64,000 bases of DNA from contig CAXXMV010000003.1 of NCBI GenBank assembly GCA_963662285.2, forward strand, positions 96,001 through 160,000. The letters are read 5' to 3'. Of the stretch, positions 29,502 through 38,551 are shown piece by piece. The notes below the pieces were generated by a model, which worked only from the letters and a program-made list of their open reading frames with translations, was not told the origin of the DNA and made no database searches. This stretch comes from a bacterium. GTDB taxonomy: Bacteria; Hinthialibacterota; Hinthialibacteria; Hinthialibacterales; Hinthialibacteraceae. Both the position numbers and the translations under genes were made by a program. Within the stretch, counting starts at the first letter, position 1. Each line of letters starts with the position of its first letter.

Positions 29502-31352
29502 ATGACTCCCTCACTCGGATCTAATATCGACTTGACAGTAATTATTATTTACTTTTTGGCTATTCTGGTTTTTGGTAGTTTTTTCGGGAAATACACCAAG
29601 ACCACCAAAGATTTCTTCTTCGCCGGTCAGCGTTTTTCATGGTGGCTGATCGCCATGAGTTGCATCGCTACGCTGGTGGGATCTTATAGTTTTATAAAGT
29701 ACTCCAACCAGGCTTTTGAATACGGTATGCCCGCAACTCATGCTTATTTGAATGACTGGCCCTGGCTTTTTCTATGGCTGTTCGGCTGGTTTCCAGTGCT
29801 TTATTATTCAAGAGTTATTTCAGTGCCGGATTATTTTGAGAAGCGCTTTGGTTCGGGATGCCGGATGGCGGCTACTTTTATCCTATTGATCTATATGATT
29901 GGATACATCGGTTATAACTTTCTTACTATCGGTGTGGCGCTTGAGCCAATCCTGCAATGGAACCTATACGTCATTGTGGTTACGGTGGCTGTTATAGCTG
30001 CAATCTATGTTACGGCTGGTGGACAGACTGCCGTTATCATGACTGACCTGTTTCAGGGAGTGCTTTTGCTGTTGGCCGGACTGACCATACTAGTGGTCGG
30101 GTTCCATATGGTGGGCGGTTTTGGTGCGTTTTGGGATAGTTGGCCGGTTGAGCAGCGCAAAGCTTTCATGCCTCTTACCAAGCCCAGCGGATTCAATACC
30201 GTTGGAGTGTTCTGGCAGGACGGTATGGCCAATTCCGCTGCCTTCTGGTTTATGAACCAGGGGATTATTCTGCGCTTTCTCTCGGTAAAGAATGTTAAAG
30301 AGGGACGCAAGGCGATGATGGCTATTATGCTGATTCTGATGCCTCTTGCGGCCATTGCGGTCTGTTGCAGCGGGTGGATTGGCAGGTCTTTTGTGAATCA
30401 GGGAATTATGGAAATCCCTGAAAATTCCGAGACAGTTTTTGTATTGGTGGCAGATGCGGTAAGCCGGTTTTTGGAGATTCCCGGAATGTTCGGATTGATA
30501 ATCGCAGCGCTGACTGCGGCTTTGATGTCAACGGCGGATACTTTAATTAATGGAGTGTCGGTGGTTGCCACAAACGACGTCATCCGTCCTTATATATGGA
30601 AGAATCGTGCAGATGGATTTTATTTAAAATGCGCTCGATGGGTCTCTATCGGGGCGGCGCTGATCGGGATTTGTCTGGTTCCATTATTTCATTCATTTGG
30701 AAACCTGTATGATGCGCACGCAGCTTTTACGGCTTCGGTTACTCCGCCCATGGTTATGGCCATTATGATGGGATTTATCTGGAGGCGATATTCAGCCATG
30801 GGCGCCATGGCTACCTTGGTCGGCGGCATCCTATTCATGGCTTTGTCGATGGTGGAGCCTGCGGTGATTTATCCATTCAGTCATGGTATGGAAGCGGGAG
30901 GTGAAGGCATCAAGGCGTATAAATATATCCGGGCTTTTTATGGTATGTTTATGTCGGGCTTACTAGGAATCATTTTCACCTACTTGAGCGAGGCGCCGGT
31001 CAGAGAGAAATTGTTGCGTTATATCTGGGGCAGGGAACGGGTTCTTATGCAGGAATTTAAGGGATTTGAACCCAATACCGAATGTGGATCAACCGTGAAT
31101 TTAGCTATTAAGGTTTGTGAAGATTTGCAGGAAAACTCGGTTCGTATACCAACAGGCGCTATGCAAGAGATGAAGGCTTTGCAAGGCGACCTGGTGTTTC
31201 TTTCAGCGCCAGGTTGGATGCATGGCGGGCTTAAATCAGCTCATGGTCAGATACTGGGTGAATCGAAAACAGAGGTCGAAATTTCTGCGGCGTTGCTTGA
31301 TACAATTAGCGTCTCTGACGGTGATATGATTGTTGTGGAGAAGAATTTTTAG
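29502..31352 (+). CDS. Sodium:solute symporter with a soluble C-terminal extension
   Basis: DFFFAGQR, SVPDYFEKRFG, YVTAGGQTAVIMTDLFQ and AALMSTADT. Confidence 0.92.
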   Translation: MTPSLGSNIDLTVIIIYFLAILVFGSFFGKYTKTTKDFFFAGQRFSWWLIAMSCIATLVGSYSFIKYSNQAFEYGMPATHAYLNDWPWLFLWLFGWFPVLYYSRVISVPDYFEKRFGSGCRMAATFILLIYMIGYIGYNFLTIGVALEPILQWNLYVIVVTVAVIAAIYVTAGGQTAVIMTDLFQGVLLLLAGLTILVVGFHMVGGFGAFWDSWPVEQRKAFMPLTKPSGFNTVGVFWQDGMANSAAFWFMNQGIILRFLSVKNVKEGRKAMMAIMLILMPLAAIAVCCSGWIGRSFVNQGIMEIPENSETVFVLVADAVSRFLEIPGMFGLIIAALTAALMSTADTLINGVSVVATNDVIRPYIWKNRADGFYLKCARWVSIGAALIGICLVPLFHSFGNLYDAHAAFTASVTPPMVMAIMMGFIWRRYSAMGAMATLVGGILFMALSMVEPAVIYPFSHGMEAGGEGIKAYKYIRAFYGMFMSGLLGIIFTYLSEAPVREKLLRYIWGRERVLMQEFKGFEPNTECGSTVNLAIKVCEDLQENSVRIPTGAMQEMKALQGDLVFLSAPGWMHGGLKSAHGQILGESKTEVEISAALLDTISVSDGDMIVVEKNF

Positions 31353-31524
31353 GTATTCTTGGTGGGCTACGCTTTCGCTTTTAGCCCACCCTACGCGTAG
31401 GTGGGTTCAATCAAGGGCAGAAAAAAATACTGATGGTGATATGATTATTGTGGAGAAGAATTTTTAGGTTTTACATAGGTGGCATCAAGGGCTGACCGCA
31501 ATGCGGTCTTGCCCTTGGCACCCG
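31315..31524. repeat. 40-bp direct duplication of the SSS 3' end flanking REP family B and a partial C, followed by a full C copy
   Basis: 31315-31354 vs 31430-31469 (38/40 identical); B at 31361-31394; C at 31484-31524. Confidence 0.85.
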
Positions 31525-31579
31525 CTTTCGTCCCGTTATGGCGCCTGTCAGTATTCGTTTTGCCATTTTTTTATGATTA

Positions 31580-32233
31580 TCAATCAGAACTCCATCCGGG
31601 TTTTTTGAAAAAGTTGTTGTATTCGGAGTTGGTGATTCCCGGTTTGAATAACCAGACATACCATATATCGCCGTTGCTGGCTACTCCATTGGTTGAACCG
31701 TACGCAATGGTTTTGTAGTCGGGGTGCCAGTCGCCATTGTCGGCGTCAGGGCCTGAAGCTGCCAGTACGCCGAAATAACCTCCTTTATTAGAACATCCCC
31801 AGTCTTCATAGGAATAATATAATCCATCGGCGAAGGGATCGGTGGGGATGCTGCTGATGTAGGCGATTGGAGTGGTAAGAGGTAGATATATTTCTCCGTT
31901 GAAATGGTTAGCGCCTTTTTTTACGGAGATAGTAGATTGATCGGGATGCTTGCCGATGAAGGGGCCTTCGAAGCAGCATTCAGGAGTACCATCGCAATCG
32001 TTGCCGTCAATCAGCCACATATTGGTATCCATGTGGAATATATCAACCTGTTGTTTTATCATTTTGATGTCGGCCATAGTGCGGGCGACTTTGGCGCGAA
32101 TCTGGGCGTTGAGAAAGTTTGGTACAGCAATGGCGGCCAGGATGCCGATGATGGCGACTACGATCAGAAGTTCGATTAAAGTAAAGCCAATATTTGAGTG
32201 TATGGATTTTTTTTCTAAGTTTGAAAAATGCAT
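31580..32233 (-). CDS. Prepilin-type N-terminal cleavage/methylation protein (GspG-like pseudopilin)
   Basis: GFTLIELLIVVAIIGILAAIAVPNF, LTTPIAYISSIPTDPF, SGPD and YGSTNGVASNGDI; GGAG RBS. Confidence 0.9.
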   Translation of the reverse strand: MHFSNLEKKSIHSNIGFTLIELLIVVAIIGILAAIAVPNFLNAQIRAKVARTMADIKMIKQQVDIFHMDTNMWLIDGNDCDGTPECCFEGPFIGKHPDQSTISVKKGANHFNGEIYLPLTTPIAYISSIPTDPFADGLYYSYEDWGCSNKGGYFGVLAASGPDADNGDWHPDYKTIAYGSTNGVASNGDIWYVWLFKPGITNSEYNNFFKKPGWSSD

Positions 32234-32250
32234 AGTATTTTTCTCCAGGG

Positions 32251-32287
32251 AAGAAAATGGGGATGAATCAGTGAACGATTCATCCCC
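32251..32287 (-). terminator. Intrinsic terminator of paralog 1
   Basis: GGGGATGAATC / GATTCATCCCC followed by ATTTTCTT on the minus strand. Confidence 0.8.
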
Positions 32288-32345
32288 CAATTACTCATCT
32301 TTTGTTCAACGATGTAGCAGTCAATTAACGTAACAACGTTAATTT

Positions 32346-33785
32346 TTAGTATAGCGTCCAGTCTGTTACAGGCGTTCCTTTGTCTACGGTTACGCGGACG
32401 TTATCAACGACCCAGAAACCTTCCATTTGATCAGGATCGGCGCCTTTGGCTGCAAAGCGGAAGATGACGCCGCTTTTACCGGCAGCTTCAGGAACTTCAA
32501 AGTAATGATGGGTGAAATAAGGAGATTCCTCGTAATTCGTCAAAGCTTCGTGATAAGTGAAGAGGCGGGTGAAATTAGCGCCAGAGTCAACGCTGTAGAA
32601 AACTTCATAACGGGCAATACTATTACCAACCAGCACTTCTGAATCGAAATCCATGTAAACGGCGGCAGCGTCGCTAAGATCGAGAGTTGGAGTATCGAGG
32701 TCAGCGCCTTGATCTACATCTTCGGCCAACATACCTTCTTGCCACATGGCGTAACCCTGACCAGCCAGCATGAGTACCCATCTGCCATCAAGCGTGCCAT
32801 TAGGATTAAGCAATTCATCAACTTCTGTGGCTAGGTCAATAGTATATTCGTAGAATTTTGCATGGTTGAGTAGGTCGATATCAACGAATTCACCGTTTTT
32901 CTCTTTAAGAGGACCTTCATCCAAATACCATAGGCAGCGTACATCCCACTTTTGATCTTTTGCAGGAGTATTGCCCCATTCGGCTGGAATGCCATTTTCA
33001 AAATCTTCAGAAAGAACAGTTTCTGCGCCTAGTGGAGCAGGGGTAGAATCAATCACGAGGTCATCGATAGCAACCCACCATGCATCGGCTGGTTCAAAGT
33101 AACCAAAACGCAGGCGAACTTCAGCTTGATTGGCTGCTGCGGCTGGTAATGGAAAATGCACCCGGCCATGAATTCCGTCAAAACTCAAAAATTGATTGGC
33201 GCTTCCCAGTTCTGGATATCCACCTGAGAAAGCTGCGCCGTCAATGCCATTATCCCAGCCTTTGATGGGGCGTTGTGGTTCAACGCATTGCCAGATGGGA
33301 AGCCAGGTTGCGCCGCCATCAATAGTGACAGCAAACTGGAAGACGCATTCGCCGTTGTTATTTGAATCAACTTCGACATTGGCGTGCATCCAGACTTCGC
33401 TGGCGCCGACTGTGCTGAAAACTGGCGTTAATGCCCAGATTTCGGATTCTGAGCCAATATTGTCAGAACCGCTGCCAGCATCAGAGTCGGCCATTAAGTA
33501 ACCGCCATCAGAAGCAGTACCATCGGCTTTAGGTGGATTGATAAAGCCTGTGTCGGTTCCAGGACCATCCTGGCCTTCAGGCCATTCTGGAGCGATAATG
33601 AAGTTACTGCCAACTTCAGCAACAAATTCGTTTTCAGTAAATTCCCAACCACGGGATAGTGCGCCGACGGTGCCTCCCGTGTTAAAATCGTCTTCGAAAA
33701 AAACTTGAGCATTACTTTGAGGTACGCACAATATGAGAGCTGCGAGACTAGTTAAAGCGAAAATTTTCAGAGATGTTCTTATCAT
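32346..33785 (-). CDS. Secreted 479-aa protein with two jelly-roll/MAM-like repeats (paralog 1)
   Basis: GGAGGA RBS, signal peptide ending SNA, internal repeat EDDF..W..IDDL / EDFENG..W..VDNV, ends TPVTDWTLY. Confidence 0.85.
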   Translation of the reverse strand: MIRTSLKIFALTSLAALILCVPQSNAQVFFEDDFNTGGTVGALSRGWEFTENEFVAEVGSNFIIAPEWPEGQDGPGTDTGFINPPKADGTASDGGYLMADSDAGSGSDNIGSESEIWALTPVFSTVGASEVWMHANVEVDSNNNGECVFQFAVTIDGGATWLPIWQCVEPQRPIKGWDNGIDGAAFSGGYPELGSANQFLSFDGIHGRVHFPLPAAAANQAEVRLRFGYFEPADAWWVAIDDLVIDSTPAPLGAETVLSEDFENGIPAEWGNTPAKDQKWDVRCLWYLDEGPLKEKNGEFVDIDLLNHAKFYEYTIDLATEVDELLNPNGTLDGRWVLMLAGQGYAMWQEGMLAEDVDQGADLDTPTLDLSDAAAVYMDFDSEVLVGNSIARYEVFYSVDSGANFTRLFTYHEALTNYEESPYFTHHYFEVPEAAGKSGVIFRFAAKGADPDQMEGFWVVDNVRVTVDKGTPVTDWTLY

Positions 33786-34177
33786 GGATAATCCTCCTAT
33801 TTTATTATACTTATAGTCTTTCTTTACTTCATTAAGGCTGTTCGTTGAAACATTGATGAGAAACCAAATCATATTAATTTGAAAATTTAACATAATTTTA
33901 ATACTGATGGAAGTAGAAAATACAAAAAATCAGAAAACATTCGATCTAGTGGTGGATGGATATATTACCTCGCTTTCTGTAATATTCATTAGATTAAAAG
34001 AATATATTTTGTAAATCGCTCTAGTCGGCGGTTATGATGTGAAATATTTCTTTAATTATCACATGAGAAGAATATATAGCGGAAATGTTTTGGCTTTATA
34101 AAGGGGATGTTTGATTTGTGTGATTTTTCGTGAGAGGGAGGTGGTTAAAAGGAAAATCAGTTATTTTTTAAACCGGG

Positions 34178-34214
34178 AAGAAAAAGGGGATGAACCGTTT
34201 CCCGATTCATCCCC
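34178..34214 (-). terminator. Intrinsic terminator of paralog 2
   Basis: Minus strand GGGGATGAATCG / CGGTTCATCCCC followed by TTTTTCTT; homologous to 32251-32287. Confidence 0.8.
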
Positions 34215-34382
34215 CATACTCATCTTTTGTTCAACGAAATGACTGTTAATAAGAGCGATTCTTAAAATAACGTGCTTTAATCCGGGTGTTTAAAGTCCCC
34301 AGAAGATGGGACTTTAAACAAATCCAAAGTTATCAATGCGCATATATTTTTGTTAACCGCTATAACCATAAAAACGTTAATT

Positions 34383-35822
34383 CTAGTATAGCGTCCAATC
34401 TGTTACAGGAGTTCCCTTGTCAACAGTTACGCGAACGTTATCAACAACCCAGAAACCGTTCATTTGGTCAGGATCGGCGCCTTTGGCTGCAAAGCGGAAG
34501 ATTACGCCGCTTTTACCAGCAGCATCAGGAACTTCAAAGTAATGATGGGTGAAATAAGGGGATTCTTCGTAATTCGTCAAAGCTTCGTGATAAGTGAAAA
34601 GGCGGGTGAAATTAGCGCCGGAATCAACGCTGTAGAAAACTTCATAACGGACATCGCCATTACCAGCCAGCACTTCGGAATCGAAATCCATGTAAACGGC
34701 GGCAGCGTCGCTAAGATCGAGAGTTGGCGTATCTAAGTCAGCGCCTTGATCTACGTCTTCGGCCAGCATACCTTCTTGCCACATGGCGTAACCCTGACCA
34801 GCCAGCATGAGAACCCATCTGCCATCAAGGCTGCCGTTGGGATTTAGAAATTCGTCAACTTCTGTAGTAAAGTCGATGGTATAGTCCATGGATGCTGCAT
34901 GGTCAAGGATGTCGATATCAACGAATTCGCCATTATTTTCTTTGAGAGGACCTTCATCCAAATACCAAAGAGCTCTTACATCCCAAGCTTGAGTCATCAA
35001 TGGAGTGTTGCCCCATGTTGCCGGGATGCCATTTTCGAAATCTTCAGAAAGAACTGTTTCTGCGCCTTGAGGAGCAGGATTAGTATCAATCACGAGGTCA
35101 TCTAGAGCAATCCACCATGCATCGGCAGGTTCTAAGTATCCAAAGCGTAAACGAACTTCAGCTTGGTTAGCTGCTTCGGCTGGCAATTGGAAATGCACCC
35201 GGCCATGAATACCATCATAACTTAAAAATTGGTTAGCGCTTCCCAGTTCGGGATATCCGCCGGAGAAAGCTGCGCCATCAATGACATTATCCCAGGCTTT
35301 AATGGGGCGTTGTGGTTCAACGCATTGCCAGATGGGCAACCAAGTGGCGCCGCCATCAATAGTGACGGCAAACTGGAATACGCATTCGCCGTTGTTATTT
35401 GAATCAACGTCAACATTGGCGTGCATCCAGACTTCACTGGCGCCTACGGTGCTGAAGACGGGCGTCAAAGCCCAGATTTCAGATTCGGAGCCAATGTTAT
35501 CAGAACCGGAACCGGCATCTGAGTCAGCTATTAAGAAACCGCCATCTGATGCAGTACCATCGGCTTTAGGTGGATTGATGAAATCTGTGTTAGTTCCAGG
35601 GCCGTCTTGACCTTCAGGCCATTCTGGAGCAACGATGAAGTTACTGCCAACTTCGGCAACAAATTCGTTTTCTACAAATTCCCAACCACGAGCAACGGCG
35701 CCAGCGGTGCCGCCTGTATTAAAATCGTCTTCGAAGAGCACTTGAGCATTACTCTGAACTACGCCCAATGTAAGAGCGGCGATGCCGGATAATACTAAAG
35801 TTTTCAGAGATGTCTTGATCAT
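34383..35822 (-). CDS. Secreted 479-aa protein with two jelly-roll/MAM-like repeats (paralog 2)
   Basis: Same length as paralog 1 with long identical stretches; GGAGGA RBS; ends TPVTDWTLY. Confidence 0.87.
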   Translation of the reverse strand: MIKTSLKTLVLSGIAALTLGVVQSNAQVLFEDDFNTGGTAGAVARGWEFVENEFVAEVGSNFIVAPEWPEGQDGPGTNTDFINPPKADGTASDGGFLIADSDAGSGSDNIGSESEIWALTPVFSTVGASEVWMHANVDVDSNNNGECVFQFAVTIDGGATWLPIWQCVEPQRPIKAWDNVIDGAAFSGGYPELGSANQFLSYDGIHGRVHFQLPAEAANQAEVRLRFGYLEPADAWWIALDDLVIDTNPAPQGAETVLSEDFENGIPATWGNTPLMTQAWDVRALWYLDEGPLKENNGEFVDIDILDHAASMDYTIDFTTEVDEFLNPNGSLDGRWVLMLAGQGYAMWQEGMLAEDVDQGADLDTPTLDLSDAAAVYMDFDSEVLAGNGDVRYEVFYSVDSGANFTRLFTYHEALTNYEESPYFTHHYFEVPDAAGKSGVIFRFAAKGADPDQMNGFWVVDNVRVTVDKGTPVTDWTLY

Positions 35823-36319
35823 TGATTGTCCTCCAATAATTTATTGTACGTCAAAAATCTGATAAAACCTGTCGTTAAAACAAGGATGAGTAATGTATAA
35901 CATATCATAATATAATATTCTTAACTATTTATTATTACATATATGAATACACTTTACGAGTTATGCAAGGGGGAATATATTAATTTTTCATTAAAAATAC
36001 ATTAGAATAACGGTAAATTTATGGCTTAAAGTAAAATATATGCTTTTTGCATTAACAATATGTAATCAAATTGGCAATATTATATGCGACCATGCCTTTA
36101 ACAAGATAATCAACCAAGTGAATTGGGGATTGGGTATTCAATATTCGAGGTTTTTGCATGAGTGCTAACAACAGTTTCAGGATAAATGAGATTGTTTCTA
36201 AATAGTAATGTTAGTTTGCAGTAGTTATCTAGAGGGAGATATAATATAAAATATCATGGAATGTTTTATTGCAAATTTCTATTAAGAAAAAAAATAGTGA
36301 TATTACCCGAAAAAAGTGA

Positions 36320-36348
36320 TTGACAACGTAGAAATGATAGAGTATATT
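36320..36348 (+). promoter_or_regulatory. Near-consensus sigma70 promoter
   Basis: TTGACA-N17-TATATT. Confidence 0.8.
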
Positions 36349-36354
36349 TATAAG

Positions 36355-36573
36355 TAGATCGACGGATAACAGATCCGGTTTCGATAAGGATTGAGCGCCT
36401 TAACAGCTCTGCGTGGGCAATGTGGCTAATGCCATGAGCCGCGAGAATAGGTCCCTAAGGGGATTACGAATATATTGTTAACTAAGGTGAAAGAGAGGTC
36501 ATACAGCGTGGAAGAAACGCTTATAGACTTTTGAGAAGGAGTCGTTCGAAACTGAATGACTCCTTCTTATTTT
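36355..36573 (+). ncRNA. Candidate stand-alone structured ncRNA (~220 nt), family not recognised
   Basis: Bounded by the promoter and a plus-polarity terminator (36534-36573); GC-richer than its flanks; several helices; only very short ORFs. Confidence 0.65.
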
Positions 36574-36615
36574 AAATGAATTATTAATATATCTTTACAA
36601 TTGTAAAAATATATT

Positions 36616-38526
36616 CTATTTTACTATATTACTTGTTCCAAGTAATGCATTCAGCGTGTGATTTGCAACGCGTATTACGTATTTATTATTGTCTTTCATA
36701 ACTGCCTGTAGACTGGTAATCGAAGGACGAGCCATCTCTCCAATATTGTCTAGCGCAATTGCCGCGTTAAGGCGAATCCATTCTTCTTCACTTTTTAATA
36801 GTTTTTCCAAAACAGGAAGCGCTTTTTCAGGTTGATTCATGCGGCAAAGAGCGCGAGCTGCTGCGATTTGTACGCTGCCGGATTGGTCGCTGAGGGCTTC
36901 GGTTAGAAGAGTTTCCGCTTTTGATGCGTCTGAGCCAAGGTTGCCCAGGCCAATGGCGCCCCAATAACGAACTATCGAATCGACGTCGTTCAATGCTTCG
37001 ATAAGACTATTGATGCCTTTGGCGCCTTGTTCTGGAAGTTGGGCTGCGGCAATGGTGCGTTCGATTAATGCGTCTCCGCCAGTTTGCCGGGCAATGGCGT
37101 ATTCACTACCGAATTTTTTAGTGCGCTCGCGGATTTCCGGTTCGGGAATAAAACCTATGTCTTTGGTCTCTTTGACCCACTTTACATGAGCCTTACGCAT
37201 ACGTTTAAGAATATCTTGGCATCGGGGCGACTTCGCTAAGTTATTGGTTTCGTGGGGATCGTTTTGCAAATCATACAGTTCTTCCAAAGGCTTTTGCGGC
37301 GCCATGAATAGTTGCGCTTGGGGTGGTAACTTTCCTTCAGCATGAACCCGGCGGATTTCTTTCATGGTGGCGCCCTTTTCGGGGGTGTTCATGTATTGAT
37401 AGTAGGTTTTGTAAGGTTCGTAGTTACGGATGTACTTGTAGCGTTTGTCGCGAACCGCACGGATTATGTCGTAGCGTTCATCCATGCGGTCTCGTGCGCC
37501 ATATATGTAGTCGCGTGGTCTGGTGAGGTTCTCTCCTAGAAAAGCGCGTCCCTGCATGTGATCGGGTATCTTGATTCCCGCCAGGTTAAGAACGGTCGGG
37601 GCGAGGTCGACGAAACTGACCAGTTCGTCATTGGTTGAACCGGGTGCGCCAGGTTTAGGGCTGCGCAGTTTTTCAGGGATGTGAACGATCATTGGTACGC
37701 GCAATCCAGAATCGTATAACCAGCGTTTGGCGCGGGGCAAACCAATGCCATGATCGGAGAAAAAGATAACGATAGTGTTATCCGTTAATCCATCATCATC
37801 CAATTGCTTTAGAATTTCCGCGACCTGCATATCCATAGCGGTAATCAAATCGTAGTTACGCGCCCAATCTTTTCGGGTGATCGGGGTATCTGGATAGTAG
37901 GGGGGAAGGGTGGTTAATTTTTCTGGATCATGCTTTTGGTCATCAGAAAGGTTTTGGGTTGCTTTGTTATATAATTCTTCGCTGGCGATGCGGCTTTCAT
38001 GAGTGGTTACGAAATTGAAGATGGAGAAGAATGGTTGGTCTTTATTTTTGCGGTAGCGCCAGTGGGCTTTATTATCGCATTGATCCCAGGCCGATTTTGG
38101 GTGATTGAACTGATAATCAGTCTTGGCGTTATTGGTGCAATAATATCCTGCATCACGCATGTATTCGCTGAAGCATTTGATGTGGGGCGGGGGAGTCGCT
38201 TTGCAGCGCATGTGATGCGAACCTAGGGTGGTTTGGTATACTCCGGTAATGATGCATGAGCGGTTGGGAGCGCATACTCCACATACGGCGTAGGCGTTGG
38301 TATAGCGAACGCCATTGCGGGCGAGACGGTCGAGAGTGGGCGTGGTTGCGTGAGGATCGCCGTAACAACCCAGGTGGGGGCTGATATCTTCACAGGTGAG
38401 CCATAGAATATTGGGCTTCTGGCTATCATCTTGACTAGCCAGCGTATTGTGCGCTATCGATATTGATGCGGCGCTCAGGCTGGTTGTTTTGAGAAAACTT
38501 CGTCGGTTTAGATTATTGAGTTTCAT
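36616..38526 (-). CDS. Tat-exported sulfatase with C-terminal HEAT repeats
   Basis: NRRSFLK, PNILWLTCED, CAPNRSCIITG and SDHG; VRYWGAIGLG, VQIAAARAL and IRLNAAIAL repeats. Confidence 0.93.
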   Translation of the reverse strand: MKLNNLNRRSFLKTTSLSAASISIAHNTLASQDDSQKPNILWLTCEDISPHLGCYGDPHATTPTLDRLARNGVRYTNAYAVCGVCAPNRSCIITGVYQTTLGSHHMRCKATPPPHIKCFSEYMRDAGYYCTNNAKTDYQFNHPKSAWDQCDNKAHWRYRKNKDQPFFSIFNFVTTHESRIASEELYNKATQNLSDDQKHDPEKLTTLPPYYPDTPITRKDWARNYDLITAMDMQVAEILKQLDDDGLTDNTIVIFFSDHGIGLPRAKRWLYDSGLRVPMIVHIPEKLRSPKPGAPGSTNDELVSFVDLAPTVLNLAGIKIPDHMQGRAFLGENLTRPRDYIYGARDRMDERYDIIRAVRDKRYKYIRNYEPYKTYYQYMNTPEKGATMKEIRRVHAEGKLPPQAQLFMAPQKPLEELYDLQNDPHETNNLAKSPRCQDILKRMRKAHVKWVKETKDIGFIPEPEIRERTKKFGSEYAIARQTGGDALIERTIAAAQLPEQGAKGINSLIEALNDVDSIVRYWGAIGLGNLGSDASKAETLLTEALSDQSGSVQIAAARALCRMNQPEKALPVLEKLLKSEEEWIRLNAAIALDNIGEMARPSITSLQAVMKDNNKYVIRVANHTLNALLGTSNIVK

Positions 38527-38551
38527 GGCGGTTCCTTATTGATATGGTTGA

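Noticed and set aside
33885-33895. Exact XerD-arm match TTATGTTAAAT on the minus strand
   Set aside because: There is no XerC-like arm at the correct spacing, the context is an AT-rich promoter, and there is no skew change there
36385-36470. Candidate ncRNA as a twister, pistol or hammerhead ribozyme, or a CsrB-type sponge
   Set aside because: Only fragments of the ribozyme consensus are present, and most GGA motifs fall in stems rather than loops
36541-36560. Resemblance of the ncRNA terminator (GTCGTTCGAAACTGAATGAC) to the panhandle arms
   Set aside because: The match is short and gapped and is locked in the terminator stem; probably chance
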